Shown here: positions 30,498 to 41,123 of the stretch, piece by piece
Layout of the letters: every line of letters begins with the position of its first letter
Position numbering within the stretch: the stretch's first letter is position 1
DNA from: an uncultured Alphaproteobacteria bacterium
GTDB lineage: Bacteria > Pseudomonadota > Alphaproteobacteria > HIMB59 > GCA-002718135
DNA: 53,190 nt
Assembly (NCBI GenBank): GCA_902522015.1
Contig: CABYTX010000004.1
Coordinates: 1-53,190 of the forward strand
Direction: 5' to 3'
Translations under genes and position numbers: made by a program
Notes under the pieces: model-generated
Database searches by the model: none
What the model was told of the DNA's origin: nothing
What the model saw: the letters and a program-made list of their open reading frames with translations, nothing else

Positions 30498-31499
30498 ATG
30501 AATTATGATATATTAATTACAGGGCTAATAATCGTTGCCCAAATACTTGCTGTTGTTGTGCCAGTTTTAATATCTGTAGCTTTTTTAGTTTATGCTGAAA
30601 GAAAAGTTTTAGCCCTAATTCAATTAAGAAGAGGTCCAAATATAGTAGGGCCTTTTGGTATATTACAAAGCTTTGCTGATGCATTAAAACTTATTACTAA
30701 AGAAAATATTATACCTAGTGGATCAAATAAAATTGTTTTTATTTTAGCACCAATAATAACAATGGTACTTAGCTTAGCAGGTTGGGCAGTAATACCTTTT
30801 GCTCCAGGATGGGTAGTCTCTGATATTAACGTAGGGATCATGTATCTGTTTGCAGTATCATCTCTTGGAGTATACGGAATAATAATGGCCGGTTGGGCTA
30901 GTAACTCTCAATATCCTTTTCTAGGGGCATTAAGATCAGCTGCTCAAATGGTTTCATATGAAGTATCTATTGGATTTGTAATAATTACAGTATTATTATG
31001 TGTAGGTTCTTTAAATTTATCAAAGATAGTTTTAGCTCAGCAGACTGTCTGGTTTGCAATTCCATTATTACCTATGTTCATTATTTTTTTTATTTCTGCT
31101 TTAGCTGAAACAAATAGATTACCTTTTGATCTTCCTGAAGATGAATCAACACTTGTTGCAGGATTTTTTACTGAATATTCATCTGCTTCATTTGTATTAT
31201 TTTTTTTAGGTGAATACGCGAGTATGATTTTAATGTCTTCTATGACTGTCATTCTTTTTTTAGGCGGATGGCTTCCTCCATTTGATGTATACCCATTAAA
31301 TGTTGTTCCTGGAGTAATCTGGTTTACTGTGAAAGTAATATTTATATTATTTTTATTTATTTGGGTTAGAGGAACTTTCCCAAGATATAGATATGATCAG
31401 TTAATGAGGCTTGGATGGAAAGTTTTTCTACCATTTTCTTTGTTTTGGGTTGTGGTAACTTCTGGTTTTTTAGTATATTTTGACATGCTGCCAAATTAA
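30498..31499 (+). CDS. nuoH: NADH-quinone oxidoreductase subunit H
   Basis: [41 protein letters not shown]. Confidence 0.98.
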   Translation: MNYDILITGLIIVAQILAVVVPVLISVAFLVYAERKVLALIQLRRGPNIVGPFGILQSFADALKLITKENIIPSGSNKIVFILAPIITMVLSLAGWAVIPFAPGWVVSDINVGIMYLFAVSSLGVYGIIMAGWASNSQYPFLGALRSAAQMVSYEVSIGFVIITVLLCVGSLNLSKIVLAQQTVWFAIPLLPMFIIFFISALAETNRLPFDLPEDESTLVAGFFTEYSSASFVLFFLGEYASMILMSSMTVILFLGGWLPPFDVYPLNVVPGVIWFTVKVIFILFLFIWVRGTFPRYRYDQLMRLGWKVFLPFSLFWVVVTSGFLVYFDMLPN

Positions 31500-31500
31500 T

Positions 31501-31980
31501 ATGTATAAATTAATTAAATCTTTTACTTTATTTGAATTATTTCAAGGACTATTTTTAACTTTCAAATACATATTCAAATCTAAAGTTACAATAAATTATC
31601 CTCATGAAAAAGGTCCATTAAGCCCACGTTTTAGAGGCGAGCATGCTTTGAGAAGATATCCAAGTGGGGAAGAGAGATGTATCGCATGTAAGCTTTGTGA
31701 AGCAGTATGTCCTGCTCAGGCAATTACAATTGAAGCAGAGCCAAGAGAGGATGGAAGCAGAAGAACAACAAGATATGATATAGATATGACTAAATGTATT
31801 TACTGTGGTTTATGTCAAGAATCTTGCCCAGTTGATGCAATAGTCGAAGGACCAAATTTTGAATTTGCCACTGAAACGAGAGAAGAATTAATTTATAATA
31901 AAGATAAACTTTTAGAAAATGGAGATAGATGGGAGCAAGAAATTGCGCAAAATATTCATCTCGATAGAAAATATAGATAA
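31501..31980 (+). CDS. nuoI: NADH-quinone oxidoreductase subunit I
   Basis: [12 protein letters not shown] and [12 protein letters not shown] ferredoxin motifs; ATG 31501. Confidence 0.98.
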   Translation: MYKLIKSFTLFELFQGLFLTFKYIFKSKVTINYPHEKGPLSPRFRGEHALRRYPSGEERCIACKLCEAVCPAQAITIEAEPREDGSRRTTRYDIDMTKCIYCGLCQESCPVDAIVEGPNFEFATETREELIYNKDKLLENGDRWEQEIAQNIHLDRKYR

Positions 31981-31982
31981 GA

Positions 31983-32594
31983 ATGATTCTTTATTCATTA
32001 ACATTTTATCTTTTTTCATCTGTTGCGGTTCTTTCTGCCCTAATGGTTATAAGTGCAAAAAATCCAGTTCATTCAGTTTTGTTCTTAATTTTAAGCTTTG
32101 TTAACGCATCAGGACTCTTTGTTTTATTAGGCGCTGAATTTTTGGCAATGATCCTTGTCGTTGTATATGTTGGGGCTGTTGCTGTCCTTTTTCTATTTGT
32201 TGTAATGATGCTTGATATAAATTTTGTAAAGTTGAGAGAAGGTTTTTTGCAATATTTACCTTTTGGAGCATTATTAGGGATAGTTCTAGTAATTGAACTT
32301 GGAATACTTTTTTTAACAGATAGATCGTCTAATATTTACAACAATCAAACACCATTACAACCTATAGTTAGTGAAGTGGAGAATACAAAAATGATTGGGC
32401 AAATACTCTACACTGAATATTTTTATTTATTTCAAATATGTGGGATAATTTTATTAGTCGCAATGATTGGCTCTATTACACTTACATTAAGAGATAAAGG
32501 TGGCGTTAAAAGGCAAAATATTGATTCACAAAATACAGTTGATGCATCAACAGCTATAGAAAAGAAAAAAGTAAAAATAGGCGAAGGAATTTAA
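31983..32594 (+). CDS. nuoJ: NADH-quinone oxidoreductase subunit J
   Basis: NPVHSVLFL, AEFLA, VYVGAVAVLFLFVVMM. Confidence 0.97.
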   Translation: MILYSLTFYLFSSVAVLSALMVISAKNPVHSVLFLILSFVNASGLFVLLGAEFLAMILVVVYVGAVAVLFLFVVMMLDINFVKLREGFLQYLPFGALLGIVLVIELGILFLTDRSSNIYNNQTPLQPIVSEVENTKMIGQILYTEYFYLFQICGIILLVAMIGSITLTLRDKGGVKRQNIDSQNTVDASTAIEKKKVKIGEGI

Positions 32595-32597
32595 TTA

Positions 32598-32903
32598 ATG
32601 ATTACTCTTGAACACTATCTTTTTCTCGGCGCAATTATTTTTACCTTAGGTGTTTTAGGAATATTTTTAAATAAGAAAAATTTAATTATAATTTTAATGT
32701 CTATAGAACTCATCTTGTTGTCAGTAAATATTAATTTTATTGCTTTCTCAGCATATATTAATGATATTTCAGGGCAAATCTTCGCAATGCTTACACTTAC
32801 CGTTGCAGCAGCTGAAGCAGCAATTGGACTCGCCATACTTGTAGTATTTTTTAGAAATTTAGGATCAATAGAAGTAAATAAAATTAATCAGCTTAAGGGA
32901 TAG
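32598..32903 (+). CDS. nuoK: NADH-quinone oxidoreductase subunit K
   Basis: [26 protein letters not shown]. Confidence 0.97.
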   Translation: MITLEHYLFLGAIIFTLGVLGIFLNKKNLIIILMSIELILLSVNINFIAFSAYINDISGQIFAMLTLTVAAAEAAIGLAILVVFFRNLGSIEVNKINQLKG

Positions 32904-32906
32904 TAG

Positions 32907-34814
32907 ATGGCAACCTCAATTATATTTTTACCTCTACTTGGTTTTCTTTTTTGTTTTTTATTAGGCAAACAGTTTAACTATAGGGTTTATCAAATATCAA
33001 CAACTTCAATCCTTTTTCTTTGTACTTTATTTTCTTGGATAATATTCATTCAGTTTATTAATAATAAGGAAACTGAAATAATCTTTATCCTTAACTGGAT
33101 AAGTTCTGGAAACTTTATTGTTGATTGGTCAATTAGATTAGACACTTTAACTGCTGTGATGTTCATTGTGGTTACAACTGTTTCTGCCTGTGTTCATTTA
33201 TATTCAATAGGCTATATGGAAGATGATCCATCAAAAATCAGATTTATGGGTTATCTAAGCTTATTTACTTTTTTTATGCTTGTTCTTGTATCAAGTAATA
33301 ACTTGCTGCAAATGTTTTTTGGTTGGGAAGGTGTTGGGCTAGCCTCATATTTATTAATTGGTTTTTGGCATCATAAAGATTCAGCAAATAAAGCTGCTAT
33401 AAAAGCATTTGTTGTAAACAGAGTTGGAGATTTTGGATACGCAATAGGAATTGCTGGAATTTTTTATATTTTTGGCACGGTAAGTTTCGACAGTATATTT
33501 TTACAAGTGGATCAATTTAGTGATCATCAAATTCAATTTCTTTCATTCAGTTTTCCAACTTTAGATTTTTTATGTTTTCTTTTATTCATAGGCGCAATGG
33601 GTAAATCTGCCCAATTAGGTTTACACACCTGGTTGCCAGATGCTATGGAGGGACCTACTCCTGTATCTGCACTAATACATGCTGCAACAATGGTAACAGC
33701 TGGTGTATTCTTAGTTGCAAGAATGAGTCCTCTTTATGAATTTGCTACATTTACTAATTTATTCATTACTTTTATTGGTGCTACCACAGCTATTTTTGCT
33801 GCCTCTATAGCCTTAACGCAAAATGATATTAAAAGAGTCATTGCATATTCAACATGCAGTCAATTAGGATATATGTTTTTTGCAGCAGGTGTAGGAGCTT
33901 ATAATGCATCAATATTTCACTTAACAACCCATGCCTTTTTTAAAGCTCTTCTATTTCTTTCTGCAGGTTCTGTAATTCACGCAATGCATCATGAACAGGA
34001 TATGAGAAAAATGGGGGGACTTTTCAAAAAAATACCTTTTACTGCTACAATGATGTGGATTGGATCTCTTGCAATTATTGGTTTCCCGTATCTATCTGGT
34101 TACTATTCAAAAGAAAGTATTTTAGAAAATGCTTTCTATACTTCAAATGGAATAGCATATTTTGCATATTTAGTGGGTATTTTAACTGCTTTACTTACTG
34201 CTTTTTATTCATGGAGATTATTATTCCTAACATTTCATGGTGAAAATAGATCAAATAATAAAACATATGATCACGCCCATGAATCACCTTTAGTAATGAC
34301 AGTTCCATTATTTATTCTTGCAATTGGTTCTATTTTTTCTGGAATATTCTTTGCTGATTATTTTATTGGATATTACAAAAAAGAATTTTGGGATAATGCA
34401 ATATTATTAACAGAAAGCTCTCATAAATATCTTCCTCTTACGCAATCATTAATATCAAAATCGGCTGTTGCAATTGGAATTCTTGTCTGTGTGTTGATAT
34501 ATTCAAATAATTTAAACAGAGCAAAAAATCTTTCCTATAACTTAGATCCTTTATATTCTCTTTCTAAAAATAAATGGTATGTGGATGAGCTATATCATAA
34601 AGTATTTGTTTTAACTTTTTTCAAATTGGCAAACTTTTTCTGGAAAAAAGGAGATGAAAAAACTATTGATGGTTTAGGGCCAAACGGGGTCTCCTGGATT
34701 ATTTCAAAATCTTCATCTTATGTAAGTTTGTTTCAATCAGGGTATTTGTTTCATTATGCTTTTGCTATGCTTGGAGGCTTAGTAATAATTTTAACATGGT
34801 TTTTATATTACTAA
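32907..34814 (+). CDS. nuoL: NADH-quinone oxidoreductase subunit L
   Basis: GWEGVGLASYLLIGFW, NRVGD, KSAQLGLHTWLPDAMEGPTPVSALIHAATMV. Confidence 0.98.
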   Translation: MATSIIFLPLLGFLFCFLLGKQFNYRVYQISTTSILFLCTLFSWIIFIQFINNKETEIIFILNWISSGNFIVDWSIRLDTLTAVMFIVVTTVSACVHLYSIGYMEDDPSKIRFMGYLSLFTFFMLVLVSSNNLLQMFFGWEGVGLASYLLIGFWHHKDSANKAAIKAFVVNRVGDFGYAIGIAGIFYIFGTVSFDSIFLQVDQFSDHQIQFLSFSFPTLDFLCFLLFIGAMGKSAQLGLHTWLPDAMEGPTPVSALIHAATMVTAGVFLVARMSPLYEFATFTNLFITFIGATTAIFAASIALTQNDIKRVIAYSTCSQLGYMFFAAGVGAYNASIFHLTTHAFFKALLFLSAGSVIHAMHHEQDMRKMGGLFKKIPFTATMMWIGSLAIIGFPYLSGYYSKESILENAFYTSNGIAYFAYLVGILTALLTAFYSWRLLFLTFHGENRSNNKTYDHAHESPLVMTVPLFILAIGSIFSGIFFADYFIGYYKKEFWDNAILLTESSHKYLPLTQSLISKSAVAIGILVCVLIYSNNLNRAKNLSYNLDPLYSLSKNKWYVDELYHKVFVLTFFKLANFFWKKGDEKTIDGLGPNGVSWIISKSSSYVSLFQSGYLFHYAFAMLGGLVIILTWFLYY

Positions 34815-36299
34815 ATGATTGACTGGCCATTAGTATCAGTAATAATTTTTTTACCTTTAATTGGCGCTTTAATTATTCTTTTTATTAAAGAAGATGAAGT
34901 AACATCAATTAATATTAAATGGGCTGCTTTACTAGCGACATTAGGAACATTTATTTTAAGTTTAATACTATGGTTACAATTTGATTATTCCAATCCGTCT
35001 TATCAATATGAAGAAAAATTTAGATGGTTTGATGATTTTAATTTCTTCTACCATGTTGGAGTTGACGGTATCTCACTTTTTATGATTTTACTAAGTACAT
35101 TTTTGACCCCACTTTGTATTTTAGCTAGTTGGAATAATATAAAAAAAAGAGTCAAGGAATACATGCTTTCTTTTTTATTTTTAGAGACTGTAATGATTGG
35201 AATGTTTGCTTCTATAGACATACTTTTATTTTATATTTTTTTTGAAGCAGTATTAATACCAATGTATCTAATCATAGGTATATGGGGAGGTAATAGAAGA
35301 ATCTATGCTTCTTTTAAATTCTTTCTTTACACTCTTTTTGGGTCAGTACTCATGTTGATTGCTATTATTGTGATGTACAGAAATACAAGTTCAATGAGTA
35401 TTGAATTCTTACAAGGTAATTATTTTTCCTATAATACTCAATTGTTTCTATGGCTCGCCTTCTTTGCGTCCTTTGCAGTTAAAATTCCTATGTGGCCGTT
35501 TCATACATGGTTGCCCGATGCCCATGTTGAAGCTCCAACAGCTGGATCTGTAATTTTAGCCGGAGTACTTTTAAAAATGGGTGGATATGGTTTTATCCGT
35601 TTCTCTTTAGGCATGCTTCCAGAAGCAACAGAGTTTTTTATTCCTTTAATTATGACATTAAGTATAGTTGCCATAGTATACACTTCCTTAGTAGCACTAG
35701 CACAAACTGATATTAAAAAACTAATTGCATATTCATCTGTTGCTCATATGGGAATTGTAACAATTGGAATTTTCTTAGTGAATCAACAAGGCTTAGAAGG
35801 AGCAATGATGCAAATGATTAGTCATGGACTAGTTTCAGCAGCTTTATTTTTATGTGTTGGTGTTATTTATGATCGAATGCATACTAGAGAAATTGAATTT
35901 TATGGAGGATTAGTTCAAAGAATGCCACTTTATGCAACAGTATTCATGATTTTTATGCTGGGATCAGTTGGATTGCCTGGAACTAGTGGTTTTATTGGAG
36001 AATTTTTAGTTATTGTTGGCGCATTTAAATTTTCAAGTTACGTTGTTATTGGCGCGGCTTTTGGAATAATATTATCCGCTGTTTACATGCTATACCTTTA
36101 TAAAAGAATTATTTTTGGCACCATAACTAATAATAAACTTGCAGATATTTTAGATATAAACACAAGAGAGAAAATCATATTAATTCCTTTAGCAATTTCA
36201 GTAATATTACTAGGTATATTTCCAAATCTATTTTTAGATCCTATGAGATTATCACTTGAACTAATTATAACAAACTATGAAATAGCTAATGCTAAATAA
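34815..36299 (+). CDS. nuoM: NADH-quinone oxidoreductase subunit M
   Basis: VKIPMWPFHTWLPDAHVEAPTAGS, LLKMGGYG, AYSSVAHMG, GLPGTSGFIGEF. Confidence 0.98.
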   Translation: MIDWPLVSVIIFLPLIGALIILFIKEDEVTSINIKWAALLATLGTFILSLILWLQFDYSNPSYQYEEKFRWFDDFNFFYHVGVDGISLFMILLSTFLTPLCILASWNNIKKRVKEYMLSFLFLETVMIGMFASIDILLFYIFFEAVLIPMYLIIGIWGGNRRIYASFKFFLYTLFGSVLMLIAIIVMYRNTSSMSIEFLQGNYFSYNTQLFLWLAFFASFAVKIPMWPFHTWLPDAHVEAPTAGSVILAGVLLKMGGYGFIRFSLGMLPEATEFFIPLIMTLSIVAIVYTSLVALAQTDIKKLIAYSSVAHMGIVTIGIFLVNQQGLEGAMMQMISHGLVSAALFLCVGVIYDRMHTREIEFYGGLVQRMPLYATVFMIFMLGSVGLPGTSGFIGEFLVIVGAFKFSSYVVIGAAFGIILSAVYMLYLYKRIIFGTITNNKLADILDINTREKIILIPLAISVILLGIFPNLFLDPMRLSLELIITNYEIANAK

Positions 36300-37725
36300 T
36301 ATTTACAATATTTTTTTTATACCCGAAATTTTTTTAGCATGCTCTTCTTTTGTTTGCTTACTTTTTGGACTTTTTTTAAAAAAGAATGCATTTAGACAAA
36401 CTTCCAATCTAGCAGTTTTCGTTTTATTATTAACCATCTTGCTTGTATACTTTGATAGTGAATCAAATTTTGCAAATTATAAAAGTTTATTTAGCCACTC
36501 TTCTTTTATAAATTTTTTTAAAATTTTAGCTCTATTAGGATCTATAGCTAGTATCATCATTTCTAAAGATTATTTCTTAGGCATTAAGCTTAAAAATTTT
36601 GAAATTCCTGTTTTATTTTTATTTTCTACACTTGGGATGATGTTAATGATTGCTTCAAATAATCTTATGTCCATGTATCTAGCAATAGAACTACAAAGTT
36701 TATCTCTATATGTTGCTGCAGCAATAAAAAGAGATTCAATCTCATCAGCTGAGTCAGGAGTAAAATACTTTATTTTAGGAGCATTGTCGTCTGGTATACT
36801 TTTGTACGGCTTCTCCTTAATTTATGGATTTACTGGTTCAATGAATTTTGATGATATAAGTTTCTATTTATCAAAATATGATAATTTAAATTTAGGTCTA
36901 ATATTTGGGCTTGTATTTGTGATGGTAGGCTTGGCTTTTAAGGTTTCAGCCGTACCTTTCCATATGTGGACTCCTGATGTTTATGAAGGAGCTCCAAACT
37001 CAATTACAGGTTTTTTTGCTATTGTCCCTAAGATTGCTGCAGTAGCTTTAATTTATCGTTTTTGCTTAGTTCCATTTGAAAATTTTTACTTAGAATGGAG
37101 TCAAATAATTTTATTTTTATCAATAGCCTCAATGTTTCTTGGAGCTATAGCGGCTATAGCACAGTCAAATATTAAAAGATTATTAGCTTATAGTTCTATC
37201 GGACATATAGGTTATATCTTAATAGCTTTAGTTGCCGCAAATGATGATGGAATTAAAGCAGCATCAATTTATATGTTTTCATACATGATAATGAATGTTG
37301 CTATTTTTGCTATTTTACTTTCGTTAAAAGTTAAAAATGAATATTTAATTAATATAAGTGATTTAAAAGGGTTAAGTAAAAGTAATCCAATCATTAGTCT
37401 TTCTATTTCAATAATAATGCTATCTATGGCTGGCATTCCCCCATTTATAGGATTTTTTGGAAAGTTTTATGTTTTCATTGCTGCAATTCAACAAGAATTA
37501 TATGTACTTTCAGTTCTTGGAGTCCTAGCTAGTGTAATTTCTGCTTTTTATTATTTAAGAATTATTAAGATAATGTATTTTGATGAAAGTCAAAGTGAAG
37601 GAATAATTAATTTTCAAATTTCTTTTCAATCAAAAATTATTTTATCCTTAAGTTTATTTCTAATTATTTGTTTTATATTTTACCCGTCTTTATTGATTAA
37701 TATATCAGCAAGTTTGACTATTTGA
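36289..37725 (+). CDS. nuoN: NADH-quinone oxidoreductase subunit N
   Basis: ELQSL, KYFILGA, FKVSAVPFHMWTPDVYEGAP, KRLLAYSSI, SMAGIPP. Confidence 0.98.
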   Translation: MLNNIYNIFFIPEIFLACSSFVCLLFGLFLKKNAFRQTSNLAVFVLLLTILLVYFDSESNFANYKSLFSHSSFINFFKILALLGSIASIIISKDYFLGIKLKNFEIPVLFLFSTLGMMLMIASNNLMSMYLAIELQSLSLYVAAAIKRDSISSAESGVKYFILGALSSGILLYGFSLIYGFTGSMNFDDISFYLSKYDNLNLGLIFGLVFVMVGLAFKVSAVPFHMWTPDVYEGAPNSITGFFAIVPKIAAVALIYRFCLVPFENFYLEWSQIILFLSIASMFLGAIAAIAQSNIKRLLAYSSIGHIGYILIALVAANDDGIKAASIYMFSYMIMNVAIFAILLSLKVKNEYLINISDLKGLSKSNPIISLSISIIMLSMAGIPPFIGFFGKFYVFIAAIQQELYVLSVLGVLASVISAFYYLRIIKIMYFDESQSEGIINFQISFQSKIILSLSLFLIICFIFYPSLLINISASLTI

Positions 37726-37728
37726 TCA

Positions 37729-38463
37729 ATGTCATTAGATAAAATTAAAAATTTATTAGATAAAAATAATTTTGATTTTCATTTTATTGAATCTGTAGAT
37801 TCCACAATGTCAGAGGTTAAAAAACTTATTTATAATAGAAATATATGTTTGATGGCAAATGAACAAAAAAAAGGATTTGGTAGACGGGGAACAACTTGGG
37901 AAAGTCCAAAAAATAATGTCTATATTTCTATTTTATCTAAAAATATATTGCCAATAGAAAATCATTTTTTAAATAATGCTTTTATTACTAATATGATCTG
38001 TTCAGTGATTGAAAATATTTGTAATGTTAAAACTCAAATTAAATGGCCAAATGACATTTTAATTAATAAAGAAAAAATTTCTGGAATAATTTCTGAAATA
38101 TTTAGTATCAAAAGTGATAAATATATCAATACTGGTTTCGGAGTTAATATAGTATCTTCTCCAAAAATTGAAAATTATCCAACAACTAATATTAATAAAT
38201 ACAATAAACAAATTAACAATTTTTATTTTGTATATGAAATTATGGAAGAGTATTTTAACAATGTTAAACAACTAGTAAATAATCACGAAAAAATTATGAC
38301 TGAATACAAAAGTAGATTATTATATTTAGGAGGCAATATTAATTTAAAAATTGATGAACAAAATATCAAACAAGGAATATTTCATAATCTTAACCCAGAT
38401 GGTTCAATCACTTTAAAAAATAATATCAATTTTGAAAATATTTATAATGCTAGAATAATTTAA
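37729..38463 (+). CDS. birA: Biotin-protein ligase (no HTH domain)
   Basis: DSTM, QKKGFGRRG..WESP, KWPND, KISGI; nuoN-birA synteny. Confidence 0.92.
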   Translation: MSLDKIKNLLDKNNFDFHFIESVDSTMSEVKKLIYNRNICLMANEQKKGFGRRGTTWESPKNNVYISILSKNILPIENHFLNNAFITNMICSVIENICNVKTQIKWPNDILINKEKISGIISEIFSIKSDKYINTGFGVNIVSSPKIENYPTTNINKYNKQINNFYFVYEIMEEYFNNVKQLVNNHEKIMTEYKSRLLYLGGNINLKIDEQNIKQGIFHNLNPDGSITLKNNINFENIYNARII

Positions 38464-39224
38464 TGATTGTTATAGATGCAGGTAATACGAATATAGTTAT
38501 AGGTTTTTATACAAAAAATAAATTAATTAAAATTATTAGATTAAAAACAGAAAAAAAAATTAATATTACAAAAAAAGAAATAAATAAATTTTTTAAATCT
38601 AACAAAAAGTTGATTAACAATCTTAAAGATAAATTTTGTATCTTGTCCTCTGTTGTGCCTTCTTTAAATTCAATTATTAAAAATATTTTTCAAAAAAATA
38701 AATTTAAATTTTATGTAATTAATCCAAAAAAAATATCATTTAGAAATTGTATCAATTATAATTTAAATCAAATTGGAAGTGATCGAATAGCAAATTATGC
38801 CTATGTATATAGTAAGAAAATCAAAGACTGTATTATTCTCGACTTTGGTACAGCTACTACTTTTGATGTCATTAAAAATAATCAATATTTAGGTGGATTA
38901 ATTTTTCCAGGTATAAATCTTTCAATGGAGTCACTATTAAAAAATGCTGAGTTAATAAAAACTTCAAATATCTCAAAATCAAATAAAATTGTTAATAATA
39001 ATACATCAGCTTCTATTCAATCAGGTTTCTATTTTGGTTATTTGCATGCAGTTAATGGCATATTAAAGCAAATTATTGAGGAGAATAACTTTAAGCCCAA
39101 AGTCTATATTACGGGTGGTCTAGGTAAAATATTTAGGGATAAAATTATTTATAAACCTATATATATGGAACATTTGACATTAGAAGGAATAAAAGAAATC
39201 GGTAACAAACATTTTTATGAGTAA
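38463..39224 (+). CDS. coaX: Type III pantothenate kinase
   Basis: IDAGNTN, IGSDR, DFGTATTFD, GGLIFPG, TGG. Confidence 0.93.
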   Translation: MIVIDAGNTNIVIGFYTKNKLIKIIRLKTEKKINITKKEINKFFKSNKKLINNLKDKFCILSSVVPSLNSIIKNIFQKNKFKFYVINPKKISFRNCINYNLNQIGSDRIANYAYVYSKKIKDCIILDFGTATTFDVIKNNQYLGGLIFPGINLSMESLLKNAELIKTSNISKSNKIVNNNTSASIQSGFYFGYLHAVNGILKQIIEENNFKPKVYITGGLGKIFRDKIIYKPIYMEHLTLEGIKEIGNKHFYE

Positions 39225-40890
39225 TAACTTACAACTAAATGATTTAAATGAAGGACTACACTTTTTATCACTTGGAGGTATTGGAGAAATAGGTGCAAAT
39301 TGTTATCTTTACGGATGTGATGGAAAATGGATAATGATAGATTTAGGTCTTTCATTTGCAGATGAAAAGTTTCCTGGTGTAGATTTATTGGTACCAAAAA
39401 TAGATCATATTGAAAGTTTAGAAGATAATCTCGAGGCTATTATTATCAGCCATGGTCATGAAGATCATGCAGGAGCTGTTGCGTTCTTAGCAAATAAAAT
39501 TAAATGTCCTGTATATGCTAGTAAATTTGCAAAATTTCTTATCGAAAATAGGTTAAAAGAATTCAATAAAGTAGAAGGATTTACTTTAAAAGAGATAAAT
39601 CTAGACAAGAAATTAATACTCAATAATTTTGATATAAGTTTTATTCCAACTACACACTCAATTCCTGAACCAACTGCGATAGTAATTAAAACAACATATG
39701 GATCATTACTTCATACTGCTGATTGGAAAATAGATCATTCACCTACTTTAGGAGACGCATTTTCAAAAGAAAAATTTGAAAAAATAGGAAATGATGGATT
39801 ACTTGCCTTAATAGGTGATTCTACTAACGCAAATGTGCCTGGTAAATCAGAATCTGAAAGTGATGTTAGAGATGAACTGACAAGTATATTTTCAAGATTT
39901 GCTAATAGAATTGTTGTTACCTGTTTTTCTTCAAATATTGCACGAATGAAAAATATTATTCAAGCAGCAAAAAAAAATAAAAGAAAGGTCGCTCTTGTTG
40001 GTAGGAGTATGAAAAAAAATATCGAAGTAGCAAGAAAATGTGGTTATGTTGCAGATGATGAAATTTTTATTAGTGAAGATGAAGCTTCTTATATACCAAG
40101 AGAAAATTTAGTCATAATTTGTACTGGAAGTCAGGGTGAAAAAAGATCTGCGCTTTTCAGAATAGCATATAATTCTCATCAACATTTACATTTAGAGCCT
40201 GAAGATGTAGTAATTTTTAGTTCTAGAGATATTCCTGGTAATGAAAAATCAATAAATAATTTAAAGAACTTACTTATTAGACAAAGAGTTGAGATAGTAA
40301 CTGCTGATGATGATTTAGTACATGTTTCGGGTCATGGTTATGCTGATGAAATAAAACAAATGTATAATTGGACAAAACCTTACTTATCTATTCCTGTGCA
40401 TGGTGAACCCATGCATCTAGAGGCGCATAAACAATTATCTTACTCATCTCAAGTACCATTTACTAAAATTTTAGAAAATGGAAAATGTCTCAAAATTGCA
40501 CCAGGTGAACCTAAAATTGTAGAAAAATTTGAGACTGGAAAGTTAATTGTTGAGGGTAAAAATCTTTACGACTCTGAATCTGCATTTATTAAAGAGAGAA
40601 GGAAATATTCATTTGAGGGGCTAGTTTTAATTTCTTTAATTATCAATAATGATGACTATTCAATTAATAAAAATATGTTACTTACTTTAAAAGGATTGCC
40701 GGGAATAGATGAAGAAAATATTAAAAATGATTTTAAAATATTTTTTATTGAAAACTATACAAAACTTAACAAAGTTCAAAAATCATCAGATCTTATAGTA
40801 TCTGACTTAGTTAAAAGTAGTTTTAGAAAGATTATAAAAAATTCAATTCAAAAAAAACCAGAAATTGAAGTTCATTTAATACGATCTTAA
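39217..40890 (+). CDS. rnj: Ribonuclease J
   Basis: LGGIGEIGAN, SHGHEDH, THSIPE, CTGSQGE, HVSGH, PVHGE. Confidence 0.96.
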   Translation: MSNNLQLNDLNEGLHFLSLGGIGEIGANCYLYGCDGKWIMIDLGLSFADEKFPGVDLLVPKIDHIESLEDNLEAIIISHGHEDHAGAVAFLANKIKCPVYASKFAKFLIENRLKEFNKVEGFTLKEINLDKKLILNNFDISFIPTTHSIPEPTAIVIKTTYGSLLHTADWKIDHSPTLGDAFSKEKFEKIGNDGLLALIGDSTNANVPGKSESESDVRDELTSIFSRFANRIVVTCFSSNIARMKNIIQAAKKNKRKVALVGRSMKKNIEVARKCGYVADDEIFISEDEASYIPRENLVIICTGSQGEKRSALFRIAYNSHQHLHLEPEDVVIFSSRDIPGNEKSINNLKNLLIRQRVEIVTADDDLVHVSGHGYADEIKQMYNWTKPYLSIPVHGEPMHLEAHKQLSYSSQVPFTKILENGKCLKIAPGEPKIVEKFETGKLIVEGKNLYDSESAFIKERRKYSFEGLVLISLIINNDDYSINKNMLLTLKGLPGIDEENIKNDFKIFFIENYTKLNKVQKSSDLIVSDLVKSSFRKIIKNSIQKKPEIEVHLIRS

Positions 40891-41123
40891 TGGCACTATT
40901 TACTCATGTTCTAATTTTTATCCTTGTTTGGTGGATTTTATTTTTCGTACTCCTACCGATTAAGATAAAAGTACCCCAAAAAGTAGAATCTGGACATGCA
41001 AAAAGCGCTCCAAGTAAGCCATATCTTCTAATAAAATTTATAGCAACTTCATTAATATCAGCTTTAATTTTATTTTTTTTGATTTTATTTGGATTTGATT
41101 TATCAAATATATTTAATAAATGA
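40890..41123 (+). CDS. DUF1467 family small membrane protein
   Basis: WWILFFVLLP...GHAKSAP..P motif; rnj-DUF1467-proS synteny. Confidence 0.85.
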   Translation: MALFTHVLIFILVWWILFFVLLPIKIKVPQKVESGHAKSAPSKPYLLIKFIATSLISALILFFLILFGFDLSNIFNK